From positions 1-58,275 of the IMG/VR virus record IMGVR_UViG_3300046697_000236: a stretch of DNA of 58,275 bases; one strand, 5' to 3'. The notes beneath the pieces are model-generated. The model ran no database searches. It was not told the DNA's origin and saw nothing but the letters and a program-made list of their open reading frames with translations. Position numbers and translations under genes: made by a program. Below, in pieces: positions 10,503 through 21,500 of the stretch; position 1 is the stretch's first letter, and each line of letters opens with the position of its first letter. This DNA is from a virus. Taxonomy: Duplodnaviria; Caudoviricetes.

Positions 10503-10804
10503 AAAAGTTAATTTATATTTCCGGCCCAATTAGCGGATTGAAGCTTTCGACAGCGAAGGCGCGTTTCAAGAGGGCTGAACGTGAATTAAATAAAGAAGGT
10601 TTTGAGGTAATTAATCCACTTGACCTGGATCACATGGATGAGGAAAGGGAAATGCAGTGGGGTGATTATCTTATCCGTGATCTGCATGTGCTGAACAAAC
10701 AACGTCCCGAAATGTATATGCTGAAAGGATACAAGGACTCTTCCGGATCATTATTAGAAATTTTATTTGCCCAAAAACTTGGTTTAAAAATACATTATCA
10801 ATGA
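10499..10804 (+). CDS. DUF4406 family protein (nucleoside deoxyribosyltransferase-like fold)
   Basis: IYISGPISG, VINP and S.G..LE motifs. Confidence 0.75.
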   Translation: MKKLIYISGPISGLKLSTAKARFKRAERELNKEGFEVINPLDLDHMDEEREMQWGDYLIRDLHVLNKQRPEMYMLKGYKDSSGSLLEILFAQKLGLKIHYQ

Positions 10805-10900
10805 ATGGAACATTCATAATAGCTTTATTGGTCGTAATGTTAATCGTGATCTTTTCAGAATATGGAGGGAATAACCCAACACCTACAACAAATGCGTGAT

Positions 10901-11179
10901 ATGAAAGCAAATTACATAAAGAAAGAATCTATTCTTTCTGAAGCAGAAAGAATAGTTAATGGTGAGAGACAAATTGATTACGATAATCCAGTATCTAATT
11001 TTAAAAACATAGCTGCGTTAGCATCTTTATTGATTGGTAAAGAACTAACTCCGGCGGACTGTTGTAAAATACTTATGGTGGTAAAATTAATTCGGGAAAA
11101 ACATAGGCACAAACGAGATAATTTAGTAGATTTGTGTGGCTATACTGAAATATTAAATAGAATAAACGATGATACTTAG
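10901..11179 (+). CDS. DUF6378 family protein
   Basis: EAERIVNGERQIDY and DNLVDLCGY motifs; start probably MKANY. Confidence 0.7.
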   Translation: MKANYIKKESILSEAERIVNGERQIDYDNPVSNFKNIAALASLLIGKELTPADCCKILMVVKLIREKHRHKRDNLVDLCGYTEILNRINDDT

Positions 11180-11375
11180 TAACGTATTAAGCTTAACGGA
11201 AAAATATTGCATTGAGAACGATGATAATATTGACGTAGATGTGAATCAGGAAATACTTAACATGACAGTGAAAGAACTGTGCGATATTGCGATTCATATT
11301 GGAAAACAAAAAGATGCATGCAGGGATGCGCTAAATGAAATATTCTCACGAGTGGAGGTTAAACTTTTCGGCTAA
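11169..11375 (+). CDS. Hypothetical protein
   Basis: 68-aa ORF in operon. Confidence 0.45.
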   Translation: MILSNVLSLTEKYCIENDDNIDVDVNQEILNMTVKELCDIAIHIGKQKDACRDALNEIFSRVEVKLFG

Positions 11376-11550
11376 TAATGATTGGGCTTTCTGAGTGTGA
11401 AACAATAATCAACGAAGAGCTTTTTGTAAGTTCACACAAGGCTATACTGGAGAATTCAGACTTTAAAAATAAACAGCCATATCAGGAAAGATTGAATAAG
11501 TACCTGAATTTAAAAGAATACATGAAGGCAAAAATAACATAAATTAATTT

Positions 11551-11904
11551 ATGGAAGAAACAAAAAACGTAGAACCAAAAAAGGAATTAACAGATTTTGA
11601 TTTAGATGTCTCAAATGCATTGAAAGACTTCCCATCAAACCAAGAAGATGCGTATATCTTCATTAGGGGGGGAATTAACAGAACAAAGATGAATGCCAAG
11701 AAAGGATTTATCTCTATCCATGGTACTCCTAATGCAATCAATACTGCAATGATGCCTGCCTTTTGGGAAAATGACATGATTAAAGGCGCAATGCTTATCA
11801 CTGTGCTTAATTTTCTAAAACAAAACAAGCCCGATGCCGATAACTTCGCAAGGCTCTTGGGCTATGATATTAATGATAATAAACTTAAATTATTTAAGCC
11901 ATGA
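11551..11904 (+). CDS. Hypothetical protein
   Basis: 117-aa ORF coupled to the next gene. Confidence 0.55.
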   Translation: MEETKNVEPKKELTDFDLDVSNALKDFPSNQEDAYIFIRGGINRTKMNAKKGFISIHGTPNAINTAMMPAFWENDMIKGAMLITVLNFLKQNKPDADNFARLLGYDINDNKLKLFKP

Positions 11905-12218
11905 AAAAACCAACGATTCTTCTTATTGCGTGTGTGTGTTTTGCAATAGCCACAACTATTAGTTCTTTCTGGATAATAGTGTCCTTTCTTATATTTTTAA
12001 CGAAAGACAAACCCTTTCAGTGGATATCTATTATTTGCTTCATTATTGCATTTGCGCTATCTATCGTATGTCAAGTCAAATTATCATTTTTATCTGAAAG
12101 ACATAGATTGAAAAGCAAACCATTTGAAGAATTTAATGTTTCTGCGTTTCAGCAAAGACTACATAAGATGGAAGAGTTGAGAAAAGAATGTACGCCATCG
12201 GATCTTAATAAACAATAA
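11901..12218 (+). CDS. Membrane protein (2 TM)
   Basis: Two hydrophobic segments. Confidence 0.55.
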   Translation: MKKPTILLIACVCFAIATTISSFWIIVSFLIFLTKDKPFQWISIICFIIAFALSIVCQVKLSFLSERHRLKSKPFEEFNVSAFQQRLHKMEELRKECTPSDLNKQ

Positions 12219-12220
12219 TT

Positions 12221-12757
12221 ATGAAACAACCAGGATACCAAAGAATGATTCTTATTCCAGACGAGGAGGGTGATTTGAAGATAAACGGAATCATTCACCC
12301 TTTCGGTGAGAACTATCGATACGCGACCGTTATTTCAATAGGACAGGGATTTAATGATCCACCAAAAGAAGGCAGTAAGGTTATTTACAAAGTTGGCGCC
12401 GACAATGAAAACAATCAATTCGTACATGAGTTTAAACATTATCTTCGTGTATGTGAAATGGATGTGCTGGCCATAGTAGAGAATGAAGGTATCATTCCGT
12501 TGGCTGATCGCATACTTGTGGACTGGCTTCCTTCGGAGCAAACCACCGCTAGCGGGATTATCATCCCAGAAACAACACTAGAAAAGCCTTATCGTGGAAA
12601 AATTATTGCAGTAGGTAATGGCATAGAGAAAGAGATCATGGTATGTAAGGCTGGAGATATTGTTTTGTGGTACAGATATGTTGGGATGAATATTATTATA
12701 AAAGGAAAAGATTTTAAACTCATGAGGCAATCGGAAATATTTGGAATCGTAGAGTGA
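12221..12757 (+). CDS. groES: Tandem double-domain GroES/Cpn10-like co-chaperonin
   Basis: C-terminal half PLADRILV..TTASGIIIP..GKIIAVG..AGDIVL..IFGIVE; N-terminal half is a diverged copy. Confidence 0.8.
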   Translation: MKQPGYQRMILIPDEEGDLKINGIIHPFGENYRYATVISIGQGFNDPPKEGSKVIYKVGADNENNQFVHEFKHYLRVCEMDVLAIVENEGIIPLADRILVDWLPSEQTTASGIIIPETTLEKPYRGKIIAVGNGIEKEIMVCKAGDIVLWYRYVGMNIIIKGKDFKLMRQSEIFGIVE

Positions 12758-12784
12758 AAAAGACGCACGTAAAACCTTTGGATA

Positions 12785-13171
12785 ATGAAATTAAAACCCA
12801 AAATAAAATATAAAATAATTGACTACAAAATTTACCCATTTGAGATATTAGTTTCGTTTCATGATTCATTTGAGGAATTGGAGTCAATTATTAAAAAAAA
12901 ACTACCTGGAAACATCCATGATGGAATAGAATTGTTTAAATCGACTGACTTGGCAAAAACAGTAATGTTTTCAAATGGAACGACTTGTATTTGGTTTACG
13001 CCTAAATTAATAAGTGGAGGATTGTGGGGTCATGGAGTTATCTCACATGAGGTATTTCATGCAGTTGATTTTCTTATGAATAAAATAGGCATTCGATTAT
13101 CAAATAAAAGCGATGAAGCTTATGCTTATTTAATTCAATATCTCACAAATGAGATTTATAAAATGTTTTAA
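12785..13171 (+). CDS. Zincin-like protein (HExxH)
   Basis: SHEVFHAV...EAYAY. Confidence 0.6.
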   Translation: MKLKPKIKYKIIDYKIYPFEILVSFHDSFEELESIIKKKLPGNIHDGIELFKSTDLAKTVMFSNGTTCIWFTPKLISGGLWGHGVISHEVFHAVDFLMNKIGIRLSNKSDEAYAYLIQYLTNEIYKMF

Positions 13172-13258
13172 AATGAAACATAATTCAAATACTCTTTGCC
13201 CTTTATATGAGTTTTGTTGTAATGACTGCAATGGATGTCCGAGTAATCCCGTGAATAA

Positions 13259-13471
13259 ATGAACGAAGCCACAATTATACAATTGGTTTTCCTGGGCGAA
13301 GATTCCTATCTTTTCCTTTATGGATTTAATAAGCAACGCGAATTAATGTTCCGTTCATCAAAAAATATTGAACATTTGCAATCCGAACCAATAAAGATTG
13401 ACGTACAGAAACAAATGGCCTATACCATATTTTACCAAATACCCACATTTTATTTTAGACATTTTCAATAA
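13259..13471 (+). CDS. Hypothetical protein
   Basis: 70-aa ORF at the end of the operon. Confidence 0.4.
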   Translation: MNEATIIQLVFLGEDSYLFLYGFNKQRELMFRSSKNIEHLQSEPIKIDVQKQMAYTIFYQIPTFYFRHFQ

Positions 13472-13499
13472 ACAAACGAAAGAATTTATCGTATATTTA

Positions 13500-15548
13500 T
13501 CATTGTGTCTGCGTTGCCGGTGGTTGAGGTTGTCCTTGAACAGCCTGTCCTTGTGCCTGCTGTATTAATTGTTGAGCTTGTGGATTCCCCTGTTGTGCGG
13601 CCTGAATAACTTGCGCCGGTATCCCTCCTTGTCCTCCTTGCTGTACCTGTTGGGCCTGTTGTTTAAGTTTATCAATCGCCTGCATTATTTTTTCCGCATA
13701 AGGCATGTCTGTAACTTGTAGATAAGCTTCAATGGGAATAAGTTTGTCCATAACAAACTGACTAAGTTGGCTCTCCATCGCCTGTCTGTAAGTGGGAGAA
13801 TCAAATCCATGACTCATAACTATATTATAATCAAAATTTTGAACCTGTTCAGCCTTAAATATTTTTGCTTCGTCTGTAAAATCCTTGCCTGCGGTTGCTA
13901 TAAATTGGTCTTGTGTGTAATACTGTTTAATGAGCTTTACTGTCTTGAGATCACATTGACATAAAAAATTTGCAAATACTTGCATTATGTCTATCGTATT
14001 CAAGCTCGCATTGGCGGCTTCTTGTTCATAAAGAGCAGCAGGTGTTCCCGCTGGTGCTTGTTGTCCCATTATTGGACCTTGTATTCCGGAAATTTGTTGA
14101 AGCGCCTTCATTTCCAAATTAAGCATTTCGGATATACCGGCGGGTATAGATGCTCCCGATACTGATTGTGGGGCTGGTGATCCGGCTTTAGGAGTATAGA
14201 CTATTACTCCGCCAAGTTGCGCCCAATCATCTGCGAATTGTTCCGGAGAACTATTTTTTGGTATCGCTGTCTCCGGAACGAGTAGAGTATTTTTTGATGA
14301 CGTGAGTATTACTCCATCTATCATATTGAACATCTTGTCGATCTGGCGCTGAATATCAATTAAGTCCTCCATCCATCCACGGACCTCCCCATCAATTAAT
14401 GGATGAAGTGTTAATACGTAGGGATGAGAAGCGTGTTCATAGAAAGTCTCTCCTTCTGCCAAGACATGACCCGTAGGAGCCATTATCTTATAAGACCAGA
14501 ACTGATCTCTTTTTTCTTCCCATGTAATCAGATTTTCCTTTATCTCATCATCGGTCATACCTGCAGCTTTGCCTTTTTCTGCTCTTTGTTTATTTTCTGC
14601 ATCTAGTTTTTTCTTTTCACTCATTGGATAAGCGCCATAACTTTCCGGATCTAGGGGATCATGGACACATCTTAATCTCCAATCAGACTTTATCTCCCAA
14701 ATCTCAAAGACACGACATTTATTAACAAGTGTCGGATAAAAGAAACTTAGGTTATCATATTGAATATTTGATAGAAAATTTATATTATTCCAATATCCCG
14801 GAAGGTTGGCTGCTGTAGAATAAATCTGCTTTATATTTTCCTCATCCTCTTTTGTCTTGGCAAACAAAGAGAGAACATCGTCAATATAAATATCATAAAA
14901 TTCACCAATTCTCCGAATGTCCTTCATTCTAATATCCGTAACATCGGTATTGAAAAACATTTTATTGATATTCACGTTATCGTACTGAATGACATTTCTG
15001 TGTTGGGTATGGTCATATACCCATTTTATTTTCCTGCATGGAGCACCAGAAAGAAGAAAGGTAGCTAGCGCCTGAGCATTCATTTCAACGCCTTGGTTTG
15101 CTTCATGGACTGCCTGAAGTGCGTTGGCGACCATCTCTGCTTCCATTTTCCCTTCCTGTGCCCTGGAACTGACAATGGGTTTCGGCGGATTCTTTCTGAA
15201 TTGACCCTTAATGTTTTTCTCAATAGAAGCCAAGAAATTGTTGGTAACAAGATTCCTTCCACGACGACGCATGTATTCTCTTTTCGTTGGCATGTCCTGC
15301 TCTATCTCGTCATATATCTTTTCATCACCCTGTTTGCCAAATCGAAAGTCACGATTTATACGATAGCGTTCACGTAAATCTTCCATGGCAAGATAGTCTG
15401 ACCAACAGCGCTCAAGTTGCCTGATGTTGTCCCCCAATACCTGATTAGAGTTATTGACAAGAGATTGATTAAATACTACATTTGATACGGCTACACTTGC
15501 CTGATTAATGGGTATTTTTGGTTTCTTGGGACTTGCATTATATTTCAT
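13500..15548 (-). CDS. Portal protein (podoviral, P22-like)
   Basis: 682 aa; EDLIDIQRQID and ISGI..MG motifs, Gln-rich C-terminal tail. Confidence 0.75.
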   Translation of the reverse strand: MKYNASPKKPKIPINQASVAVSNVVFNQSLVNNSNQVLGDNIRQLERCWSDYLAMEDLRERYRINRDFRFGKQGDEKIYDEIEQDMPTKREYMRRRGRNLVTNNFLASIEKNIKGQFRKNPPKPIVSSRAQEGKMEAEMVANALQAVHEANQGVEMNAQALATFLLSGAPCRKIKWVYDHTQHRNVIQYDNVNINKMFFNTDVTDIRMKDIRRIGEFYDIYIDDVLSLFAKTKEDEENIKQIYSTAANLPGYWNNINFLSNIQYDNLSFFYPTLVNKCRVFEIWEIKSDWRLRCVHDPLDPESYGAYPMSEKKKLDAENKQRAEKGKAAGMTDDEIKENLITWEEKRDQFWSYKIMAPTGHVLAEGETFYEHASHPYVLTLHPLIDGEVRGWMEDLIDIQRQIDKMFNMIDGVILTSSKNTLLVPETAIPKNSSPEQFADDWAQLGGVIVYTPKAGSPAPQSVSGASIPAGISEMLNLEMKALQQISGIQGPIMGQQAPAGTPAALYEQEAANASLNTIDIMQVFANFLCQCDLKTVKLIKQYYTQDQFIATAGKDFTDEAKIFKAEQVQNFDYNIVMSHGFDSPTYRQAMESQLSQFVMDKLIPIEAYLQVTDMPYAEKIMQAIDKLKQQAQQVQQGGQGGIPAQVIQAAQQGNPQAQQLIQQAQGQAVQGQPQPPATQTQ

Positions 15549-18500
15549 GGTTTGTGTTTTTTAAGTTCGTTATCTGCTGCATCATCCGCTTCTTTTATCA
15601 TCTGTAAATAATTATGAATCCTGTCGGCACGTTCTTTTTTGAGTTGTATCTTGTTTTCTTGTGTCTCATCCGCGGTTATCAAATCTTTATTGGATTCATC
15701 AACCTTATTTTCTAGTTTAGATACTTTCCTTTCATGTTTCTCGATATTATCCATAAATTTATATCTCAGATATAGCCTTGCGGTTTCTGGATGACTCATG
15801 TAGTTAGCGATCTCTGCTGGTGTGCTAATCGAATAATTCTGCTTGGCTGCTGCATTTTCTTCACGTAGCTTATTGAACTCTTGCATATCTGCATCTCCAT
15901 AAGTATTGCGATAGAAACGATTGAAAATAGGTATGTCGTTTATTTCGAATCCTGCCTTTTCAAAAGGAGCATCTTTTCCACTAACAATATTCGTACCGGC
16001 AGCAACTGCATGAGTTGTTGTTTTATATAACTGGTTGAAAAATTGACCAAGCCCACCTGTGTAATATTGTAGAAAGTATTCCACTTTTGATGGATTCCAA
16101 TCGGCAATTTTCCAAACATTTTCTTGAATACCCCTAAGTTCAGATCTTTGATTTACCAAAGTATGTTTATTTGGATTTCCTCCCGCAACATAAAATGAAA
16201 AATCCGTCATCCCTTTAATAAGGGGGTTTACGTTTTCTTTGCCAAGCGACGATGAGGGTAATACTTTTTCAAGTGCTTGTGAGAATGGTTCTCTGGTGAT
16301 CGTGTGTTGGGCATAGTCTTCATTAGACCAAAGATCATGAATGCCCATTCCGTATCCTGGAATAAGTGGACGACAAGAAAAATCACCTTTTCTATCTACA
16401 AAACCTCCGACATCTACCGGAGCAAAAGCATTAGTAAATCCATTTAGTGCTTGTCCTATTCCTGTTCCAAGTTCTGTCTGTCCTGATACTATCTCATATA
16501 ATCCCGCCCCAAGCCCATACCAGTTTCTGAAATAGAATCCAATTGGAATAGAGACATGATGACCCTCGTTCATTGTGGGGATAATCATATTGTTATGCTT
16601 GACATACGGACTTATCTTTTCGTAATACGGTTTTCCATCGACCGGATCTATATTCCCAATGGTAGAATTTACCCAGGCAGTGAAATATCCCACTACCATC
16701 CATCCCAGAGCATCGACACCCATGGCCTTACGTCTCTGATTACGCTGTTTATTTGATTTGCCTTCCTCGTATTCACCTTTTTCATTTGTGTAAGGAAAAT
16801 CATATTCATGGCCCACGCCAGACATTCGTAATGCATGATCGGCTCCCTGTATGGATGGGTTAAAAAACATATAATTTGCACCAAGTATTTTTCCAAGCGT
16901 TCCCTTGGTGTCGAAGTTTGAAGTCACATCTTTAGCGTCTTTTATGGCCGTTAACACACTGCGTCCTTTTTCAATAGAAGTAACAAAGGTCGCGAACCTA
17001 GCTGTCTGTTCTGAAAAAGATGATAGTTTTTCAAATGTTTCTTTTGACCATCTCAATGCTGAGGATTGTCCGATTTTATCCAATATCCCATTTGTACCAG
17101 TATATCGTTTATATACATTCGCTAAATCCTTTTCGATTGCTGATATTTTCTGTGCATTTACAAAACCTGTTGGACCGCCATTATCTGTATAGAGTTTATA
17201 TAAGGCATGGTCAGGATTCGTGGATGGATCAAAATGCTTACCAAAAGAATCTTTGATTGTTGCCAGCGCCCTACCCATGTTCTTTGCATACGCCCATCCT
17301 TGGTTATTAAATAAGGCATTCGCCTGCCATGCATATTGAAGATCACGAAGGAGATTGGGAATTTGAAAGGCAAGGTTCCATCCTGTTGCCGAACGGCTCA
17401 ACCAACCGGTAGTCCTACCAAGAAACTTACTCGGAGCATCTAATAGTTTTGCTAAGGATATCGTTTGGATATTGTTTTTATTTAAAGCATTTGCAACCTC
17501 AACTAATGATCCCATTTTTTCATTACCAAAAACCAATCTTACCTTATTGCCATTAATCATTACAGGCACCTCATGTTGTTTTGCTACTTCTGCTGGCCTT
17601 AATCGCTTGTGTTCGGCAAATAGTTTCAATGCAGCGCGACCTGATTTAAGCAACTCTGCTTTTGGTTTTTCGTAAGTTTCCTCTATTGATTCATTCCCAT
17701 CCTCATCCTTCGTTTTGATATAATAAACTTCTCTGGGTTCTACTATCCCCTTGAGTAAAGGCTTGCCTTCCTTGGTTAATTGATTTGCTTCAACAAAATG
17801 CAACATTGACTGATTGTAGGTGTTCTTTACACCATAAGCAATTGTGCACTGAGCCATATTTATCATTTGCGCAATTGGGTCTGCGGATTGTGATTCTCTC
17901 CCTTTGGCCTTTTGTAATCCATTAAAAGCGCCACCCATTTGCGTATTCTGATAATCGAATAATTCGGATTGATCATCCTTCCAGCCACGTTGTGGAACAT
18001 AGTCTTTCCAGGATGCTTTTATCTTCTGACCATCACTTATTGAAAGCATTCCGAACTCCACATTCATGTCAATATTTTTGTCCGTCAAATCCCTCCATTG
18101 GTCCCAAAACTTTTCAATAGTTTTTTTATCAACCTTGGATTCTAAATCATTAATTATTCTCTGGGCAAAATCATCGGTCAGTGGGTTGTTTCCAATACTC
18201 CCAGCGTACACTTTTGGTTCGGTATCTTTATTTTGTATTCGTTTAAATTTATTTCTTCCAATAGCATCCTTTGCCCTCATGTATTCTTGCAATTTTTGTT
18301 CATCAACCCCAGCTTCATGTGCTGTTTTCATTGCTATGTCAAGGAACGGCTCGATAAAGTCAGTCTTTAATTCTTTATCTTTCGACATCATGATTGATGC
18401 AGCACTATTAGCTTTCGCCCACACATCCATATCATCAGTTATTTTACCACCAGCCCTAACTACATCAAACATAAATTTCTTTACTGGCAGCATGGTATCC

Positions 18501-21500
18501 TGCACGGCTTCTCTTATTGCTTCTTCGATACTCAAATATCTGCGATTACCCATATGATCCTTTAGATATTCGTTCATAAGTTGATCGGGATCTTCCTCGT
18601 TTTTAAAAAACGCATTTACCGGAGAAACATAATTTTTCTTTTCGACAGGTTCATTGAGTTTTGATTTGATCTCAGAAATAATATCTTCTGCTCCTTTTGC
18701 TGTAGGTATCTCGATAGAATTTGTTTGTCCATTATCATGGTGAACATCAATAAATATCCGTGAGCGATAATCTCCCAAGGCTTCTCCGATGAGTTTTAAT
18801 TGTTCGTCTGTTGGATGTTGGTTCATTTCAACCATACCATCACCCGCGGAGATTCTTATTGCTCCGTCATGAATGAATCTTTCAAGGTAAGTTCTGGCCT
18901 CATCATATTTATCATGAGACTGATCTTCCAATGGCTTTGCTTCAAAGTCAGCAAATGCTTTAGCAATATTGATATGCTCTAATCTTCTGCCGTCTTTTAC
19001 AAAGTTCAGCATCCGGCCATCGGGCAAGATGAATCCTGCGTTTCGAATGTTCTTTGTCAACCCAAAGATACTGACTGCCTTTTCTATACCTTCGCTGAGG
19101 TACCTTTGTTCTGGTTCCCCAAGTCTGTATCCTTTTATTACAGGCCTTATTTGCACAGGCGATTGAAAAATTACACTGTTATATGATTGGTTTATTTTAG
19201 TGTCGATAATATCTATTAATCCATCGGAAAGACTTCTTTGTTCTTTTAATAAAGATGTGGTTTTAATGCTTCCGTCATGAACGATAGCGTAATGCTTAGC
19301 GGCATATAGGCCTGCATTTTTAACATGCTCGTTTATCTCATTAATTAGTAGCGTTATGTCAGAATTCAACAGGGGAATATATCCAGCCACCTTGAGTTGT
19401 GAATTCAACATAATTATTGCTGAGGGGAGTTGTTTTTCTGTCAAAAGACGCTTAGCGAATTGCGTCATTAAAATTACATCATTCACCTTGGGGGTTGGCA
19501 ATATTAATTTATCAACTGGTTCTTTATATTCTTTTTCTTCAAATTCACCGTTAGCGTATATAATAGTAAACTTATTATGATCTATGATGATATGTCCCTT
19601 AAATTCAGATCCAGAAGTAAGTTGTGCGGCAATATTCTTTGTGGCGCGAATATCTTCGCCTGACGGCAGATGATTACCAGAAGGATGGTTGTGTAATAAA
19701 TATACATCCGCATTCAGTTCTTTTGCCATTCTTGCTATTTGAATAAAATTATCATCATGAGTATCGTCAATCTTTGATCCCAAGCTTGTTGCCGAAGGAA
19801 TACCTAATGTCTCAGAATGATTTGCAATTATCTTGCCTGACTTATCAACAAAAACAACATGCCCTTTTTCGATATAAGGTGATCGTTGTAAGGAAAATAA
19901 TTGAGCTATATCCCTAGGAAATTTGATAACCTGACCAGCGAAGGAAATATGAAGTGATTCAGCGAAACCTTGAATAATGTGATTTTCGGGTATTTCCGTT
20001 GACGATTGGTCCGGAATGTTATATCTCCCCACAAAGTCAAATGATAGCTGTTTTCCGGCACCCATTGTATTTTTGGGTTTAGATTCCATAACAGCTTCGT
20101 CAATGGCCTTTTGGAAATATTCCTGTAAAAAACTCTTGCTTCCATAAGATTTATTTATGTTGTCCGAGTCTTGTAATTTATTAACCGCATCATTTAATAC
20201 TTGAACAAAGATATCATCTTTTTGTGAATATTCAACGTTTGGTTCTAATAATTGCACATGATCGATGGATAAATCTGAATTATCCGGGACTACATATTCG
20301 GTATCATCCCCTTCGGTTCTTTTCCATCCTTTTATTCCCGCTTCCCTAAGTATTTCATTTACCGTACTGTCGTCTGAGAAATGTGATAGATTATTGTATA
20401 TTTGCCCAAAATTTGAATTTTTTAGTGCAATGATATTTGGTAAGAATTTATGAGCAATAGGATTATCCTGCGCCGTCTTTAATAGATTGTCATAAATACT
20501 TATGGGTAGCTTCTTATCCCAATCGGGCAGTATAGTCTTTGATGGATCCGTCCCTTTGAATAATCTATATTGTAATTGTCCCGCATTTTTGTGTGCCACA
20601 AAGTACAATCCGGTTCCTGCATGTTTCTTTTCAATCTGATTAAGTCCACCAAATCCCAACTTTTCAAAACCCGTTGGCTGCGGATCGGACATATTCCCAT
20701 TATCAACTTCTTGCATTAGGTATTTTATGCCTTCGGACAGCATCAGGCTTGCTTGTTCCTGACTTTTAGCTTTAATAAATAACTGAGGTTTCCCAAATCT
20801 TATTCCCCTGTCAAACCATCCACCGGGCTGCGTGAAGTCCGCACGAATATAAATGGCAACCTGTGTTCCTTTTAATGTAGGATATTTATCAAGTGTTGTG
20901 GGTTCGATAGCTTGATTCAGATTTCCTAAAAATGTCGAACCAGTCAATCCAGCATTTATTTTATAGTGGTATGGCTGAATGGAATTTAAAATTGTTTCCC
21001 TCGGATGTAAGTATTGAATACCACCCATCGGATTAGTAACCTTATCCAGTGGATGCTCCCACCTGCCTACTGGTTGCATAAATGTGGGTAATGGCTTTAC
21101 TTCCTGTTCCTTTTCTTCAGGAAGCGTACTTTCTTCCTCATTCTTAAACATCGACTGTTCGCCCAGTCCGGTCTCCAACATTGCCGGGGTCATCTCGACT
21201 GAATGAAGCGTAACTCCATTTGGAAGGGTGTGTTTTCCTACAACGCCGCCCATTGGCTTAATGTATTTGACTATCCATGAAGGTTCGATCTTGTCATAAT
21301 AACCAACCATTCCAGGAGCCTGCGTTTTTATATCATCACCTACGAGTTCATAATTACCAGCACCATTGATTTCACTGGAAAGCAATTTATTTGCAGCATC
21401 CTTACCTATATAATCTGCAATTTTTTCAGGGACAACGCCTTGTTCTTTTAATACCTGTTGAGTTCCTTTTCGTGCAGACAATTGTTTAATTAATGGGTCA

